Positions 33,280-43,276 are shown, counted from the first letter of the stretch. The stretch: DNA of 64,000 nucleotides from an uncultured delta proteobacterium (GCA_963747115.1 CAVVEB010000002.1:279672-343671); one strand, 5' to 3'. Numbers and translations are program-made. Notes: a model not told the origin generated them from the letters alone.

Positions 33280-34200
33280 CTATTGCCGATGCGGCAGTAT
33301 AAGCACTTCCGATTGCCGCGTCTCGGGATCGAGGCGCACCAGGTAGAGTGGAAAATTAGTCTCCGCGATGCCGACGTTCGTGCGCCCATCGCAACCGCAT
33401 CTCGCTACCGTGCCATCATTGATGGTCGTCAGCCGATCGAGTTTAAGCGCGGCGGTATGCAGTTGCGGTTCGCCGATGGTCAGGTCGAGTTCCTTGTCCT
33501 TCAACGCCACCGAGGAAAACATTGTCGCGCCTTCGACCGTACCCTGTTTCGCGACCCATTGGACGAACGCGTCCTTGCTCATCTTTCGCATCGAAGGATT
33601 CAGCTTGCGAACCGCCGCTATCGCCACATTGAGATTGCTCTTGTGACGATGCTCGGAGCGATAGTCCTGACGAGCCACCAGCTCCCACATTTTGCGCGAC
33701 CACTTCGCGACGACCGCGGGATCGCCGCCCGGCGTGTTCACATAGATCAGCGCCGCTTGCTCCGCGCTTGCCAGGTCTCCCTTGGCCAGCGCCGCGTCAA
33801 CCTTACGGGAAGATGATTCGAGGGTCGCGGCGTCGATCCTCGCGATAAATTGAGCGCTCTGGCTACCCGCTTCATGCGATGCCTCAACGCATACGCGGCG
33901 CTGTTCCGTGAGCGAGTAAGTCGGTTCACCGATCATGAAGTCGGTCAGGCATAGGTCATCTTTCACTTCGCGGCGCTGCGAATCGCTGAGATTGCTCATC
34001 GGGATCGCGAGCAGCTCGCCGCGCGCCGCCGCATAGTCGCCCGCCGCAATTTTCTGCCGCGCTGAAGATAGCTGGCTCGGCGCGCATCCCGCGACGACCG
34101 CCGGCAAGACCATCATCAGGAAGATGCCGGCGCTGCGGGCTGGCCGTCGCCGCGGAGCAAGACCGCCATGGCGTAGATCGCATTTGCGGTTCGCCGTCAT
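33280..34200 (-). CDS. hypothetical lipoprotein
   Basis: Lipobox LPAVVAGC after a basic N-terminus. No domain recognised. Confidence 0.5.
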   Translation of the reverse strand: MTANRKCDLRHGGLAPRRRPARSAGIFLMMVLPAVVAGCAPSQLSSARQKIAAGDYAAARGELLAIPMSNLSDSQRREVKDDLCLTDFMIGEPTYSLTEQRRVCVEASHEAGSQSAQFIARIDAATLESSSRKVDAALAKGDLASAEQAALIYVNTPGGDPAVVAKWSRKMWELVARQDYRSEHRHKSNLNVAIAAVRKLNPSMRKMSKDAFVQWVAKQGTVEGATMFSSVALKDKELDLTIGEPQLHTAALKLDRLTTINDGTVARCGCDGRTNVGIAETNFPLYLVRLDPETRQSEVLILPHRQ

Positions 34201-34569
34201 CTTCTGAAAAGTCTGACCGCGATAACCCACCGTGGCAAGCGTTGAGGCGACCGGATGAGGCAGGCTTTTCCAGGCTCAGGGTGATCAGCCGCCGACGTTT
34301 TAGCGCGAAAAACCCCGATGTCATCTTAGGTCTTCACGACCCAGGACGGCACCCGCCGTGAGAATCCCGGGTCCAAATTGGAGCGCATCGAAGAAAGGGG
34401 CCGAAGTAGGGCGCGATGGTGCCACCTAGTCGCAAGACGGATAGCAGCACTAGATAAAGACCATCGGCAAGACCGAAAAATGCCGTCATGAGACATGAAT
34501 CCGTCCCATTTTGATACCGGTGCGAGCGGATGAGCGCGGCGTAGCAGCGCATTTGGTCTTCAGCATCGA

Positions 34570-34585
34570 TGGCACGCGACCTGCA
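34570..34585 (+). promoter_or_regulatory. candidate sigma-54 (-24/-12) promoter upstream of flp
   Basis: TGGCACGCGACCTGCA matches TGGCAC-N5-TTGCA, with GG (34571-72) and GC (34583-84) at the canonical spacing. It lies 205 nt upstream of the flp1 ATG. Confidence 0.5.
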
Positions 34586-34790
34586 AACCTATTCCCTGCC
34601 GTCTCACAGACCTCACAGATAGTTACCATAAGTGAATCTACGAGTGGTGGGATGATCCATCGCTAGCAGCTGGGAGACGGCGAGGGTCTAGGCAGCGCTC
34701 ATACCGAGCGCACCTCTGCCGACGCGAAAACATCGCGGGCAGGTGGAGCTTAACAACGGCGCGGACAGGCGCGCATCAAGGACAAGGGGA

Positions 34791-34988
34791 ATGAATTTAC
34801 TAACCAGAATGTACGTGCGAATTACCAATGCCACTCCGTGCAAAGCCGGCCAGCCTGGTCAGACGATGACTGAGTACGTGTTGATCATCGCCGCGATCGC
34901 GGTCGCGGGCTACATCGCATACCAGGGCCTCGAGACAGGAATCGCCGGCCTCATCACGAAGGTCACAACTTCGTTAGCCGCTGCCTAA
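34791..34988 (+). CDS. flp: Flp family type IVb pilin
   Basis: 65 aa. The processing motif G/QTMTEY is followed by the hydrophobic stretch VLIIAAIAVAGYIAY. Confidence 0.85.
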   Translation: MNLLTRMYVRITNATPCKAGQPGQTMTEYVLIIAAIAVAGYIAYQGLETGIAGLITKVTTSLAAA

Positions 34989-35201
34989 ACGTCGGTGTCA
35001 GTCCCAAGGAAAGGCAGGCAGGGTGCGACACTCTGCCTGCCGGCATCCGTAACCGCGAAACCCGAGCCCGGAAGCGTCCGGCCAATGCGAGTGTGATTGA
35101 GAAAAGATCCATGAAGCAATCGACGACAGCCCCCGCCAAAGCATCGGGCTTCGGTAGAGCTTGGCCAGGGCGCAGACAAGGGCGCACCAGAGACAAGGAG
35201 A

Positions 35202-35399
35202 ATGAATTTGCTTACCACAACATACGTGCGAATCAGCAGTGCCGCTTCTCGCAACCCTGGCCAGTCCGGTCAGACGATGACGGAGTACGTGTTGATCATC
35301 GCGGCCATCGCGGTCGCAGGCTACATCGCGTACCAGGGCCTCGAGACTGGAATCGCCGGCCTCATCACCAACGTCACGACTTCGCTAGCCGCGGCCTGA
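35202..35399 (+). CDS. flp: Flp family type IVb pilin (paralogue)
   Basis: 65 aa. From the GQTMTEY motif onward it differs from flp1 at only one residue (K to N). The leader peptide differs. Confidence 0.85.
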   Translation: MNLLTTTYVRISSAASRNPGQSGQTMTEYVLIIAAIAVAGYIAYQGLETGIAGLITNVTTSLAAA

Positions 35400-35711
35400 G
35401 CGTCGGTGTCAGTTGCAGGGAAACGCAGGACGGGCCCGACCCTATGTCTGCCAGCATCCGTGACCGGGGATCCCGCGCCGGGACGCATCCAGCCGCTACC
35501 GGCGTGGCTAGAAAAAGACCCGTGAAGCAATCGGCGAGGACCGCAACCTCGCGTCCTTCATCTTCAGCCGCCGCGATTTTTTTGATCGAGGTGAATCGAA
35601 CTTCCGCAATCCTGCCAAATCTCAACTCGGCGCGTGCGCAATCGCTACCGGCCGCCGGGGTGATGAATCGGAGCAGCTAATTGTGCGCGAGCAGGTTGTT
35701 CAGAGGAGAAA

Positions 35712-36779
35712 ATGAGAAGACCAACGATCTTCCTGATGTTGGCGATGGTAGCGGCGGTGCTCGCAGGCATCGTGGTGTTTTCCGCTCTGCGAAGCCGGGA
35801 AGCGCAAGTGCAGATGGCGATGGCGCAGACCGAAGAAATCGTGGTCGCCGCGCGTGACGTTCAACTGGGCGAAAAACTGGAGCTTGGCGACGTGAAATTG
35901 GTCCGCTGGTCGCGCCAGAGCGTGCCCCAGGGCGCTTTCACCGATCCCGCGGCGGCGGTCAATAGCTACACCAGAAATCAACTGATCGCGGGCGAACCGC
36001 TAATCGAAAAAAACCTGGTTACGTCCGACAAGGTTCCCGGCGTGATGCCGTTGATCATACCGCCCGGAATGCGCGCGATGTCGGTCGCTGTGGACGAAGT
36101 CTCCGATATCGCGGGCTTTGTGAAGCCGCACACCCGGGTTGACGTGCTGGTCGCCGTGGCTGGCAGCGGCAGCGGGAACGGCCCCGAGAACAAGCCGTTT
36201 TCCAAGATCGTGCTGCAGGACATCGAGGTGCTGGCGGTCGCGCAACAGATCGACAAGGGCAAGGACGAAGCCGAGGTCGCCAAAGTGGTGACTCTGGTCG
36301 TCACCCCGCATCAGGCCGAGAAACTCGGACTCGCCAGTCATGAGGGAGTCCTGCGGCTCGCGATGCGCAATTACAGCGACGACAAAGTGGTCGCGACTTC
36401 CGGCAGTGACTTCAGCGATTTGCTCGGGACCAGTGCGCCGGTAATCGCGCTCAACGCCCAGAGCGCGGAAGGCCCGATGGCCGAGCCGATGCGATCGGCC
36501 GGCGGTTTCCGGGCTCATCAATTCGCGGTGGAAATCATGCGTGACGGGAAAAGCGCGGAGACGGTTTCGTTCGTCTCTGCCAACGCGGGCGACAACCACG
36601 CCGCGGTGCATACCGAACCCGCGATCGCCGCGGCTGCGGCGATGCCTCCGACTACGGTGGTGCCCGCGCAGCCGCGTGCAGCCGCTTCCGCTCCGGCAGT
36701 CACCGGTGCGGCGGCGCCCTCCAACCCCATGGGGACGGCTTCTTTCATGCCGGTACCGAAAACTCTGGAAGTTCCATGA
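35712..36779 (+). CDS. cpaB: Flp pilus assembly protein CpaB/RcpC
   Basis: N-terminal TM, then a SAF-like VVAARDVQLGEKLELGDVKLVRW..VPQGAF, then an RcpC-like region VDVLV...VLQDIEVLAV. Confidence 0.85.
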   Translation: MRRPTIFLMLAMVAAVLAGIVVFSALRSREAQVQMAMAQTEEIVVAARDVQLGEKLELGDVKLVRWSRQSVPQGAFTDPAAAVNSYTRNQLIAGEPLIEKNLVTSDKVPGVMPLIIPPGMRAMSVAVDEVSDIAGFVKPHTRVDVLVAVAGSGSGNGPENKPFSKIVLQDIEVLAVAQQIDKGKDEAEVAKVVTLVVTPHQAEKLGLASHEGVLRLAMRNYSDDKVVATSGSDFSDLLGTSAPVIALNAQSAEGPMAEPMRSAGGFRAHQFAVEIMRDGKSAETVSFVSANAGDNHAAVHTEPAIAAAAAMPPTTVVPAQPRAAASAPAVTGAAAPSNPMGTASFMPVPKTLEVP

Positions 36780-38677
36780 CGAAAATTTTCGTTACGCAAA
36801 GGTTGAGGCGGTTCTCGATGACGCAAATTTTGATCATGGCCTCGCGGCGGAGCACGATGAAACATAAACGCGCACATCCACGGCTCGCGGCAGCGGGCGG
36901 CATTTTTGCGGTGATCTTGATGCTCACGACGGCGGCGCCGCGGCTGCGCGCCGACGATAGCGCGGCGCAATTTCAGAGCATCAATATGACCAAGGGCGAG
37001 ACCGCTACCATCGACCATCTGAAGAAGGCCTCCGCGCCCACTGTCCATGTCATCGAAAATCCTAACGCTCTGGTGCTCAACGGCGACAACCCCGGACAGC
37101 TGCTCATGGTGGCTGCGGAGCGCGGCAAATGGGACATCACCGTCACCCACGATGACGGCGACGTGGTGGTCTATCGGGTCAGCGTCGCCGCGATCGCGGA
37201 TAATCCCGACAACGGAAACCCGCTGAAGCCGGCATCGGCGCCCGCGGCCCTTTCCGACAATAGTCCGCCGCCGCGTCAGAACAGCACGGTGGTGAACAGC
37301 GATGCGACCCAAAACGTAGTCGCGCCGGCGAGCGAGAATGTGAGTCTTCGTTCCTCGCAGCCGTCGCTTCAGTCGACCCGGAAGTGGAACCCCGCGGCGT
37401 TTGCCAATGGCTGGGCGTCGGCGAATCCCCCGACGGAACCGCTGCCGCGCATCGCCGGCCAGCAGGACGCGGCCGAGGCGGGCCGGCAATATCGCACCGA
37501 TCCACCGGTGGCCAGCAGCAGCGCGGGATATTTCAATCCTTCGGTCTCCAGCGGACCGAACTATCTGCCTGCGGACGGGCTTTCATTGATGACCGGGACC
37601 TCGCAGATCGTCGACTTCCCCCGTCGTCTCAAGCGCGTTTCCATCGCCGACAGCAGCGTAGCCGACATCCAGGTGACCGGCCCCTACCAGTTGAATGTGA
37701 TCGCTCATAAGTTCGGCTTCACCACGCTCGCCGTATGGGACGATCAGGGCCACTACCAGGAACGCCAGGTCAGCGTCGAGAACAACGGCAAGCAGCAGGT
37801 GCTGCTCAACGTCGTCGTGGCCGAGCTCGACCGCGTCAAAATGGAGCAGCAGGGGATCGACTTCTCGATCGCGCTGGCGAACGCCGGCATCTCGCTCGCC
37901 AGCTTGCCCGGCTCGGTGGCGACTCCTTACACCGCGACGTCTTCGCTAACCGCGGGTACCAGCTCGATCGCGGGCACTACTCCTGCCGGCGGCAGTATCA
38001 TTCCGTTGCTGCTTTCGAGCACCATGACCTACGGCCTGTCGACGCTGAATTCCAACGTCGCGACCCAGTCGTTTTTTCAATTTCTCGAGTCGCACAATCT
38101 GGCCCGGATTCTCGCGCAGCCGCATTTGCTCGCCAACTCAGGTCAGGCCGCGTCGTTTCTCTCGGGCGGTGAAATCCCGATCGTTCTGGCCCAGGCGCTC
38201 AACACCTCGATTGTATTCAAGCAGTTCGGCACCTCGATCAATTTTCTTCCGACCGTGATCGGCCGCCAGGAAATCCAGTTGCTGGTCAAGACCGAGGTCT
38301 CGGAGCCTGACTTTGCCCACGGAGTGGAATTGTTCGGCTTCACGGTGCCGGCCTTTGTCACCCGCCGCGCCGATACCCTGGTGCGTTTGAAAGACAGCCA
38401 GACCTTGATTATCGCGGGCCTGATTTTGCGCAGCCGCAATGCGGTGGTGAAAAAGGTTCCGTATCTCGGCGACCTGCCTTACGCGGGCGCGATTTTCCGC
38501 AACACCACCTGGGAGGATTCCGAAACCGATCTGGTGATGGCGGTGATGCCGCAAATAGTCGGGCCCTTGCCGCCGCAGGCGGAGGTTTTTCAGCCGACTA
38601 GCCGCGGCCCCTTGACCGACGCCGAGGTCCGCACCCAGCGGCTGCAAACCCCGGACGCGGCCCGGCCACGATTCTAA
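36776..38677 (+). CDS. cpaC: Tad secretin CpaC/RcpA
   Basis: LKRVSIADSSVADIQV (BON-like pilot N domain) and secretin core LARILAQPHLLANSGQAASFLSGGEIPI...VPYLGDLPYAGAIFR. A long low-complexity N-terminal region is present, and the start is uncertain. Confidence 0.85.
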   Translation: MTKIFVTQRLRRFSMTQILIMASRRSTMKHKRAHPRLAAAGGIFAVILMLTTAAPRLRADDSAAQFQSINMTKGETATIDHLKKASAPTVHVIENPNALVLNGDNPGQLLMVAAERGKWDITVTHDDGDVVVYRVSVAAIADNPDNGNPLKPASAPAALSDNSPPPRQNSTVVNSDATQNVVAPASENVSLRSSQPSLQSTRKWNPAAFANGWASANPPTEPLPRIAGQQDAAEAGRQYRTDPPVASSSAGYFNPSVSSGPNYLPADGLSLMTGTSQIVDFPRRLKRVSIADSSVADIQVTGPYQLNVIAHKFGFTTLAVWDDQGHYQERQVSVENNGKQQVLLNVVVAELDRVKMEQQGIDFSIALANAGISLASLPGSVATPYTATSSLTAGTSSIAGTTPAGGSIIPLLLSSTMTYGLSTLNSNVATQSFFQFLESHNLARILAQPHLLANSGQAASFLSGGEIPIVLAQALNTSIVFKQFGTSINFLPTVIGRQEIQLLVKTEVSEPDFAHGVELFGFTVPAFVTRRADTLVRLKDSQTLIIAGLILRSRNAVVKKVPYLGDLPYAGAIFRNTTWEDSETDLVMAVMPQIVGPLPPQAEVFQPTSRGPLTDAEVRTQRLQTPDAARPRF

Positions 38678-38698
38678 ACTTCACAGCAGGGAGTTGCG

Positions 38699-39934
38699 GT
38701 GCGAATCGAAAGAACAAACGGCAAGAAGGCGGCGTTGCGAATCAGTCTGGTGGGAGATCCGCCGGAGTACCGCGAGGCGGTGGAACAGGCGCTGGCCAAC
38801 ATCAGCGAGCCGCAGATTGAAATCGTCGAAGCGGCGCCCGACGGCGGTTCCTCGGCTTTCGAGGAAGCCGGCGCCCCCGCGGTGGCGCCCAGCGATGTCT
38901 CGATGGTGCTGTTCAATGGCAACGAGGAACAGTCGCTCGCCAGCCTCGAGCAGCAGTCCCGCCAGACCCCGCGGCCGGTGCTCTTCGGCCTGCTCCAGGA
39001 GCGCTCGCCCCTGCTGATGAAGCGCGTGCTCCGGGCCGGCGCCGACGAGCTGCTGTTTTTACCGCTCGACCCCGGCGAGGTCACCCGCGCGCTGCTCAAA
39101 ATCAGCGAGGCCCGAATCCGCGCCACCCATCATGAGGGCGGCACCGTGATTTCCTTCACCAGTATCGTCGGCGGAGTCGGGGTCAGCACCATGGCGGCCA
39201 ACCTCGCGCTCGCCCTGCAATACAAGCTCGAAAAGCGGGTGGTGTTGATGGATCTCGATCTGCAGACCGGAGTGCTCTCGGTGCTCCTGAATCTGGAGCC
39301 CGAGTTCACCATCATGCCGCTGATCAGGCTGGAGAAGAAGCTCGATTCGATTCAGCTCGAGGCGGCGCTGACCAAGCATTCCTCGGGGCTGTATCTGCTC
39401 GCGGCGCCCAAGCGGATCGAGGAAGGCGATCTGGTCACCGATCTCACCGTGAGCACCGTGATCAATTTCATGCGCGACATGTTCGACTACGTGATCGTGG
39501 ACTGCGGAAATCATATCGCGGAAAACGCGGTCGCGGCGTGGGAGCGCTCCGACCAATTGTTCTACGTGCTCAATCAATCGGTAATTTCGGTCCGCTCGGC
39601 GTGGCGCTTTATCGATCTGTTCGAGCGCCTCAACCTGACCACGCTGGAACCCCAATTCGCGATCAATCGGTTTCAGCCGGGTCACACCATCAGCGACAAA
39701 CAACTGGAGACCACGCTCGGCCGTCCGATGTACGTCTGCGTTCCGCGCGATGAAAAATCGGTCGAGCTCGCGGAACTGAGCGGCAAGGACTTGTGGCAGG
39801 TGGCCGCCGACGCCGCGCTGACCAGGAGTTTCGAGGCGCTGGCCTATCGCGTCGCCAAGGTCAGCCAACCCAATCTCGAAGCGGGCCGCCCCTTGATGGC
39901 GCGGCTGTTCTCGGCCTTCGGCGCGCACTCGTGA
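38699..39934 (+). CDS. cpaE: CpaE/TadZ: pseudo-receiver domain plus ParA/MinD-like ATPase with deviant P-loop
   Basis: N-terminal REC-like fold (ADELLFLPLD). Then VISFTSIVGGVGVSTMAANLAL, where a KGGxGK[ST] P-loop is expected, followed by DLDLQ. Confidence 0.8.
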   Translation: MRIERTNGKKAALRISLVGDPPEYREAVEQALANISEPQIEIVEAAPDGGSSAFEEAGAPAVAPSDVSMVLFNGNEEQSLASLEQQSRQTPRPVLFGLLQERSPLLMKRVLRAGADELLFLPLDPGEVTRALLKISEARIRATHHEGGTVISFTSIVGGVGVSTMAANLALALQYKLEKRVVLMDLDLQTGVLSVLLNLEPEFTIMPLIRLEKKLDSIQLEAALTKHSSGLYLLAAPKRIEEGDLVTDLTVSTVINFMRDMFDYVIVDCGNHIAENAVAAWERSDQLFYVLNQSVISVRSAWRFIDLFERLNLTTLEPQFAINRFQPGHTISDKQLETTLGRPMYVCVPRDEKSVELAELSGKDLWQVAADAALTRSFEALAYRVAKVSQPNLEAGRPLMARLFSAFGAHS

Positions 39935-39946
39935 GGTAGCTGGATC

Positions 39947-41339
39947 ATGGCACTTTCCGATCGGCTGCGAAAAAAAACCACCGGCGGCGCCGGCCCCGAA
40001 GCTGACGGCGCGGCTTCCGGCTCCTTTATCGGCGGCGGCGGCAAACGAAAACCGGATCTCCTCTCCGAAGGATCGCGGCGGCTCAAAATCAAGGTTCACA
40101 ACCGCCTGTTCGAAACCATCGACATCTCCAAGCTGGAAACCCTGGAGCCCAGCGTCGTCTCGACCAAGGTCATCGCCGCCATCACCGATATTCTGAGCGA
40201 GGACGGACGCCTGCTGACCGACACCGATCGCGATCGCCTGGTGGAGGAGATCAAAAACGAGTTGCTCGGGCTGGGTCCGCTGGAACCGCTGCTGCGCGAC
40301 GACGCCATCACCGACATCCTGGTCAATGGCGCGCATCAGGTGTATGTCGAGAAGCGGCGGCAAGCTTCAACTGACCGATGTGACATTTCAGGACGATCAG
40401 CACTGATGCTGATCATCGATCGGATCGTTTCGCAGCGTCGGCCGCCGCGTCGATGAGGCGTCGCCGATGGTCGATGCGCGTCTGCCCGACGGCTCGCGAA
40501 TCAATGCGATCATTCCGCCGCTTGCGATCGACGGCCCCGCGCTTTCGATCCGGCGTTTCGGCAAAAAGCGCTACGACATCGCGAGCCTGGTCGAGAAGGG
40601 CACGCTGACCTGGGAGATGGTCGAGTTTCTGCTGCGCGGTCGTGCGCGCGCGGCTCAACATCATGGTCTGCGGCGGCACCGGTTCCGGCAAAACCACCAT
40701 GCTCAACTGTCTCTCGGCGTTTGTGCCCGAAGACGAGCGCATCGTCACCATCGAGGATTCCGCCGAACTCTCACTGCAGCAGCCGCACGTGGTCCGGCTC
40801 GAAACCCGGCCCGCCGAATCTCGAAGGTAAGGGCGAGGTCACGCCAGCGCGATCTGGTCAAGAACGCGCTGCGAATGCGGCCCGATCGAATCGTGCGTCG
40901 GCGAGGTCCGCGGCGCCGAAGTGCTGGACATGCTGCAGGCGATGCGCACCGGCCACGACGGCTCCATCGCGACTATCCACGCCAATAGCGCGCGCGAATG
41001 TCTGGGCCGGCTCGAGATGATGATGCTGCTGGCGGGCTTCACCATTCCGCAGCGCGCGATGCGCCAGCAGATGGCGTCGGCCATCAACATGATCGTTCAC
41101 GTCAGCCCGGCTCTCCGACGGCTCGCGCAAGCTGATGAAGATTTCCGAAATCTGCGGGATGGAAGGCGACGTCGATCATGATGCAGGACCTATACGAATT
41201 CGTCCGCACCGAGACCGGCACCGATGGCAATATCATCGGCAACTACCGTGCGACCGGAATCCGCTCGACCTACGCCAAACACCTCGAGATCGCCGGCTTC
41301 AAGGCCGACTCGCGGCTCATCCGCAGCGCGGAAGGCTAG
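39947..41339 (+). pseudogene. cpaF: Tad secretion ATPase CpaF/TadA, at least 9 frame disruptions
   Basis: The pieces [117 protein letters not shown] and MQDLYEFVRTETGTDG lie in alternating frames. Confidence 0.9.
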
Positions 41340-41350
41340 GGCCACCCATC

Positions 41351-42318
41351 ATGCTGATACTTGGGGTTGTGTTAATCGCCGTGGTCTGCGGCTGTGGCGG
41401 GCTACTTCGTGATCGCCAGAACCCCGCCCGCGCGCGACGGCGCGCCGGATTGTCGCAGCGGATGACGCGTCCCGGGGTCGGTCGCGAACGATGAAGATCC
41501 TGCGCTCGGAGTTGAAACTGAAGGAGCGCGGGCTGCGCTACGGATACCGCGTGATCTACCGGCTCGATCCGTTGCAGAAGCTCGAGCAGAGCATGTGGCA
41601 GGCCGGAATCTACATGCGCGTGTCAGCGACTCTGCTCCTGATCATGGTGCTGATTGGGCGGGCGTCGTCATTGGCACATCGATCTGGCAGCGACCCGTTG
41701 ATCGCGATCGCGCTCGGTGGCGTGCTGGGCGCGCTGCCGATACTTTACATCAAGCTTCAGGCGCAAGCGGCGGCTCAAAAAGTTCTCGTTCGCAACTGCC
41801 CTTCGCGCTCGATCTGATGAAGTCCTCGCTCGAAGCGGGCCATTCGCTGTTGCGCGGCTTGCAGGTGGTGGTGCAGGAATTCGAGGATCCGATCGCGACC
41901 GAGTTCCGACGGTGCTCGAGCAGACGCGCGCTCGGCATGCCGCTGCCGCGCGCGCATGGAGGAAATGCTCAAGCGGGTGCCCGAAGACGACCTGCGACTG
42001 CTGGTGGTCGCGATCAAGGTCCAGAGCGAAGTGGGCAGCAGTCTGGCCGCAGATAATCGGCCGGCTGTCCGAGATCGTGCGGACCCGCCAGCGGCTGCAG
42101 CGGCAGATTCGGGCGCTGACTGCGCAGTCGCGCATGAGCGGATTGGTGGTCGGGCTCGCTGCCGAGCGTCGTGCTGGGCGCGTTCAGCCTCGTTCAGCCG
42201 GTCATACGCGCGCACGCTGTTTCACGATCCCATCGGGAATAGGCTGCTCAAGGTCGCGATCGTCCTCGATCTGCTGGCGTTCTTCACGATCCGACGGCTG
42301 CTCAAGGTGAAATACTGA
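41351..42318 (+). pseudogene. tadB: Tad platform protein TadB, many frame disruptions
   Basis: T2SSF-type fragments QLPFALDLMKSSLEAGHSLLRGLQVV, DLRLLVVAIKVQSEVGSSLA and IIGRLSEIVRTRQRLQRQIRALTAQSRMSG are scattered over three frames. Confidence 0.8.
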
Positions 42319-42319
42319 A

Positions 42320-43276
42320 ATGAGCGCACTGATGTGTCAGCACTGCGATCTTCTGTTTCTGGTCGGGTCGCCGGAATTCTGCGCTCTACGTGGCGCTTAC
42401 GGCGGCCATCGAGCGTGCTCAGGAGCGCTTCGATCGAGATGGCGCTCAAGATGCGGGTCGCCGACGGCGACTATCGATTCGCGAGGATCCAGTCCGAAGG
42501 GGATGGCGCGCGTTCACTGTTCCAATGGGCGCTTGCAACGAATCCCGAGCCCAAGATCGAACGTCCGCGAAATCGGCGAAGCTGGCCCAGACACTGGTGC
42601 GGGCCGGCTTCGCCGATCGGGCGCGCTACGCACGTTTCCAGTCGTCCGGCATCGCGCTCGGCGCACGGAGGATTGTTGGTGATCGACGTCAGCGCATCTA
42701 CCTTGGCTGGTCGGCGCACGTCCGGCATTGGCGATGATTATCGGCGCTCGCGCTCGGTATTTCGGCTCCGCTGTATTATCGGCGCCGCGGCCGCAAAGCC
42801 GGCGCCAAGAGATTCGCCAGCCAGCTCTCCGACGTGCTCGATTTGCTGGTGGTCTGCGTGGAGGCGGGACTTGGATTGTCGAAGCGATCAAGATGGTCGG
42901 CGACGAAACCGAGCGTCAGGGGCAGGCAATCGGCACACGAACTCGCGATGGTCTCGGTCGAAGTTGCGGCGGGCGGCTCGCTCGGCCAGGCGCTGCGCAA
43001 TCTGGCCGACCGGACGGCAGTCGAGGACATCAAGCCGCTGGCCGCGACGCATGATCCAGAGCGAGCAACTCGGCTCGCAGATCGGGCCGGCGCTGCGATC
43101 GAGTTCCGACAGTTTGCGCACCACGCGTGACGTCTCGCGCCGAAGAGGCCGCGCAGAAAACCACGATCAAGATTCTGTTCCCGCTGGTACTTTTCATCTT
43201 GCCCGCGATGATGATCGTGATCGTGGGGCCCGCGATGATCGCGATCATGAAAGCGATGAGTGAAGGCAATAAGTAA
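42320..43276 (+). pseudogene. tadC: Tad platform protein TadC, many frame disruptions
   Basis: Fragments [77 protein letters not shown] and [30 protein letters not shown] lie in alternating frames. Confidence 0.8.

Larger units (their letters stand above)
34745..35545 (+). repeat. tandem duplication (~410 bp x ~1.95) carrying the two flp genes and their downstream stem-loop regions
   Basis: The flp coding regions are near-identical. Upstream (GACAAGG-GAATGAATTT) and downstream (CGTCGGTGTCAGT...GCATCCGT...TGAAGCAATCG) flanks also align. Confidence 0.7.

Noticed and set aside
34334-34552. 72-aa minus-strand ORF considered as the missing prepilin peptidase or a small membrane protein
   Set aside because: It is far too short for an A24 peptidase and lacks its Asp motifs. 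There is no RBS or family support.
34586-34790. Possible c-di-GMP (GEMM-I) riboswitch in the flp leader, since these often precede pilus genes
   Set aside because: Only a weak GACGCGAAAAC resemblance to the GACGCAAAGCC element is present. The GGGCAAACC tetraloop-receptor half and the two-hairpin layout are absent.
39059-40363. 434-aa minus-strand ORF across cpaE/cpaF. Similar long antisense ORFs occur at 11192-12322, 30441-31556, 17781-18806, 49714-50646, 52430-53284, 53429-54256 and 62114-62815.
   Set aside because: All lie antisense to confidently identified genes and have biased R/H/D/G/Q composition with no recognisable motifs. I treat them as non-coding shadows.
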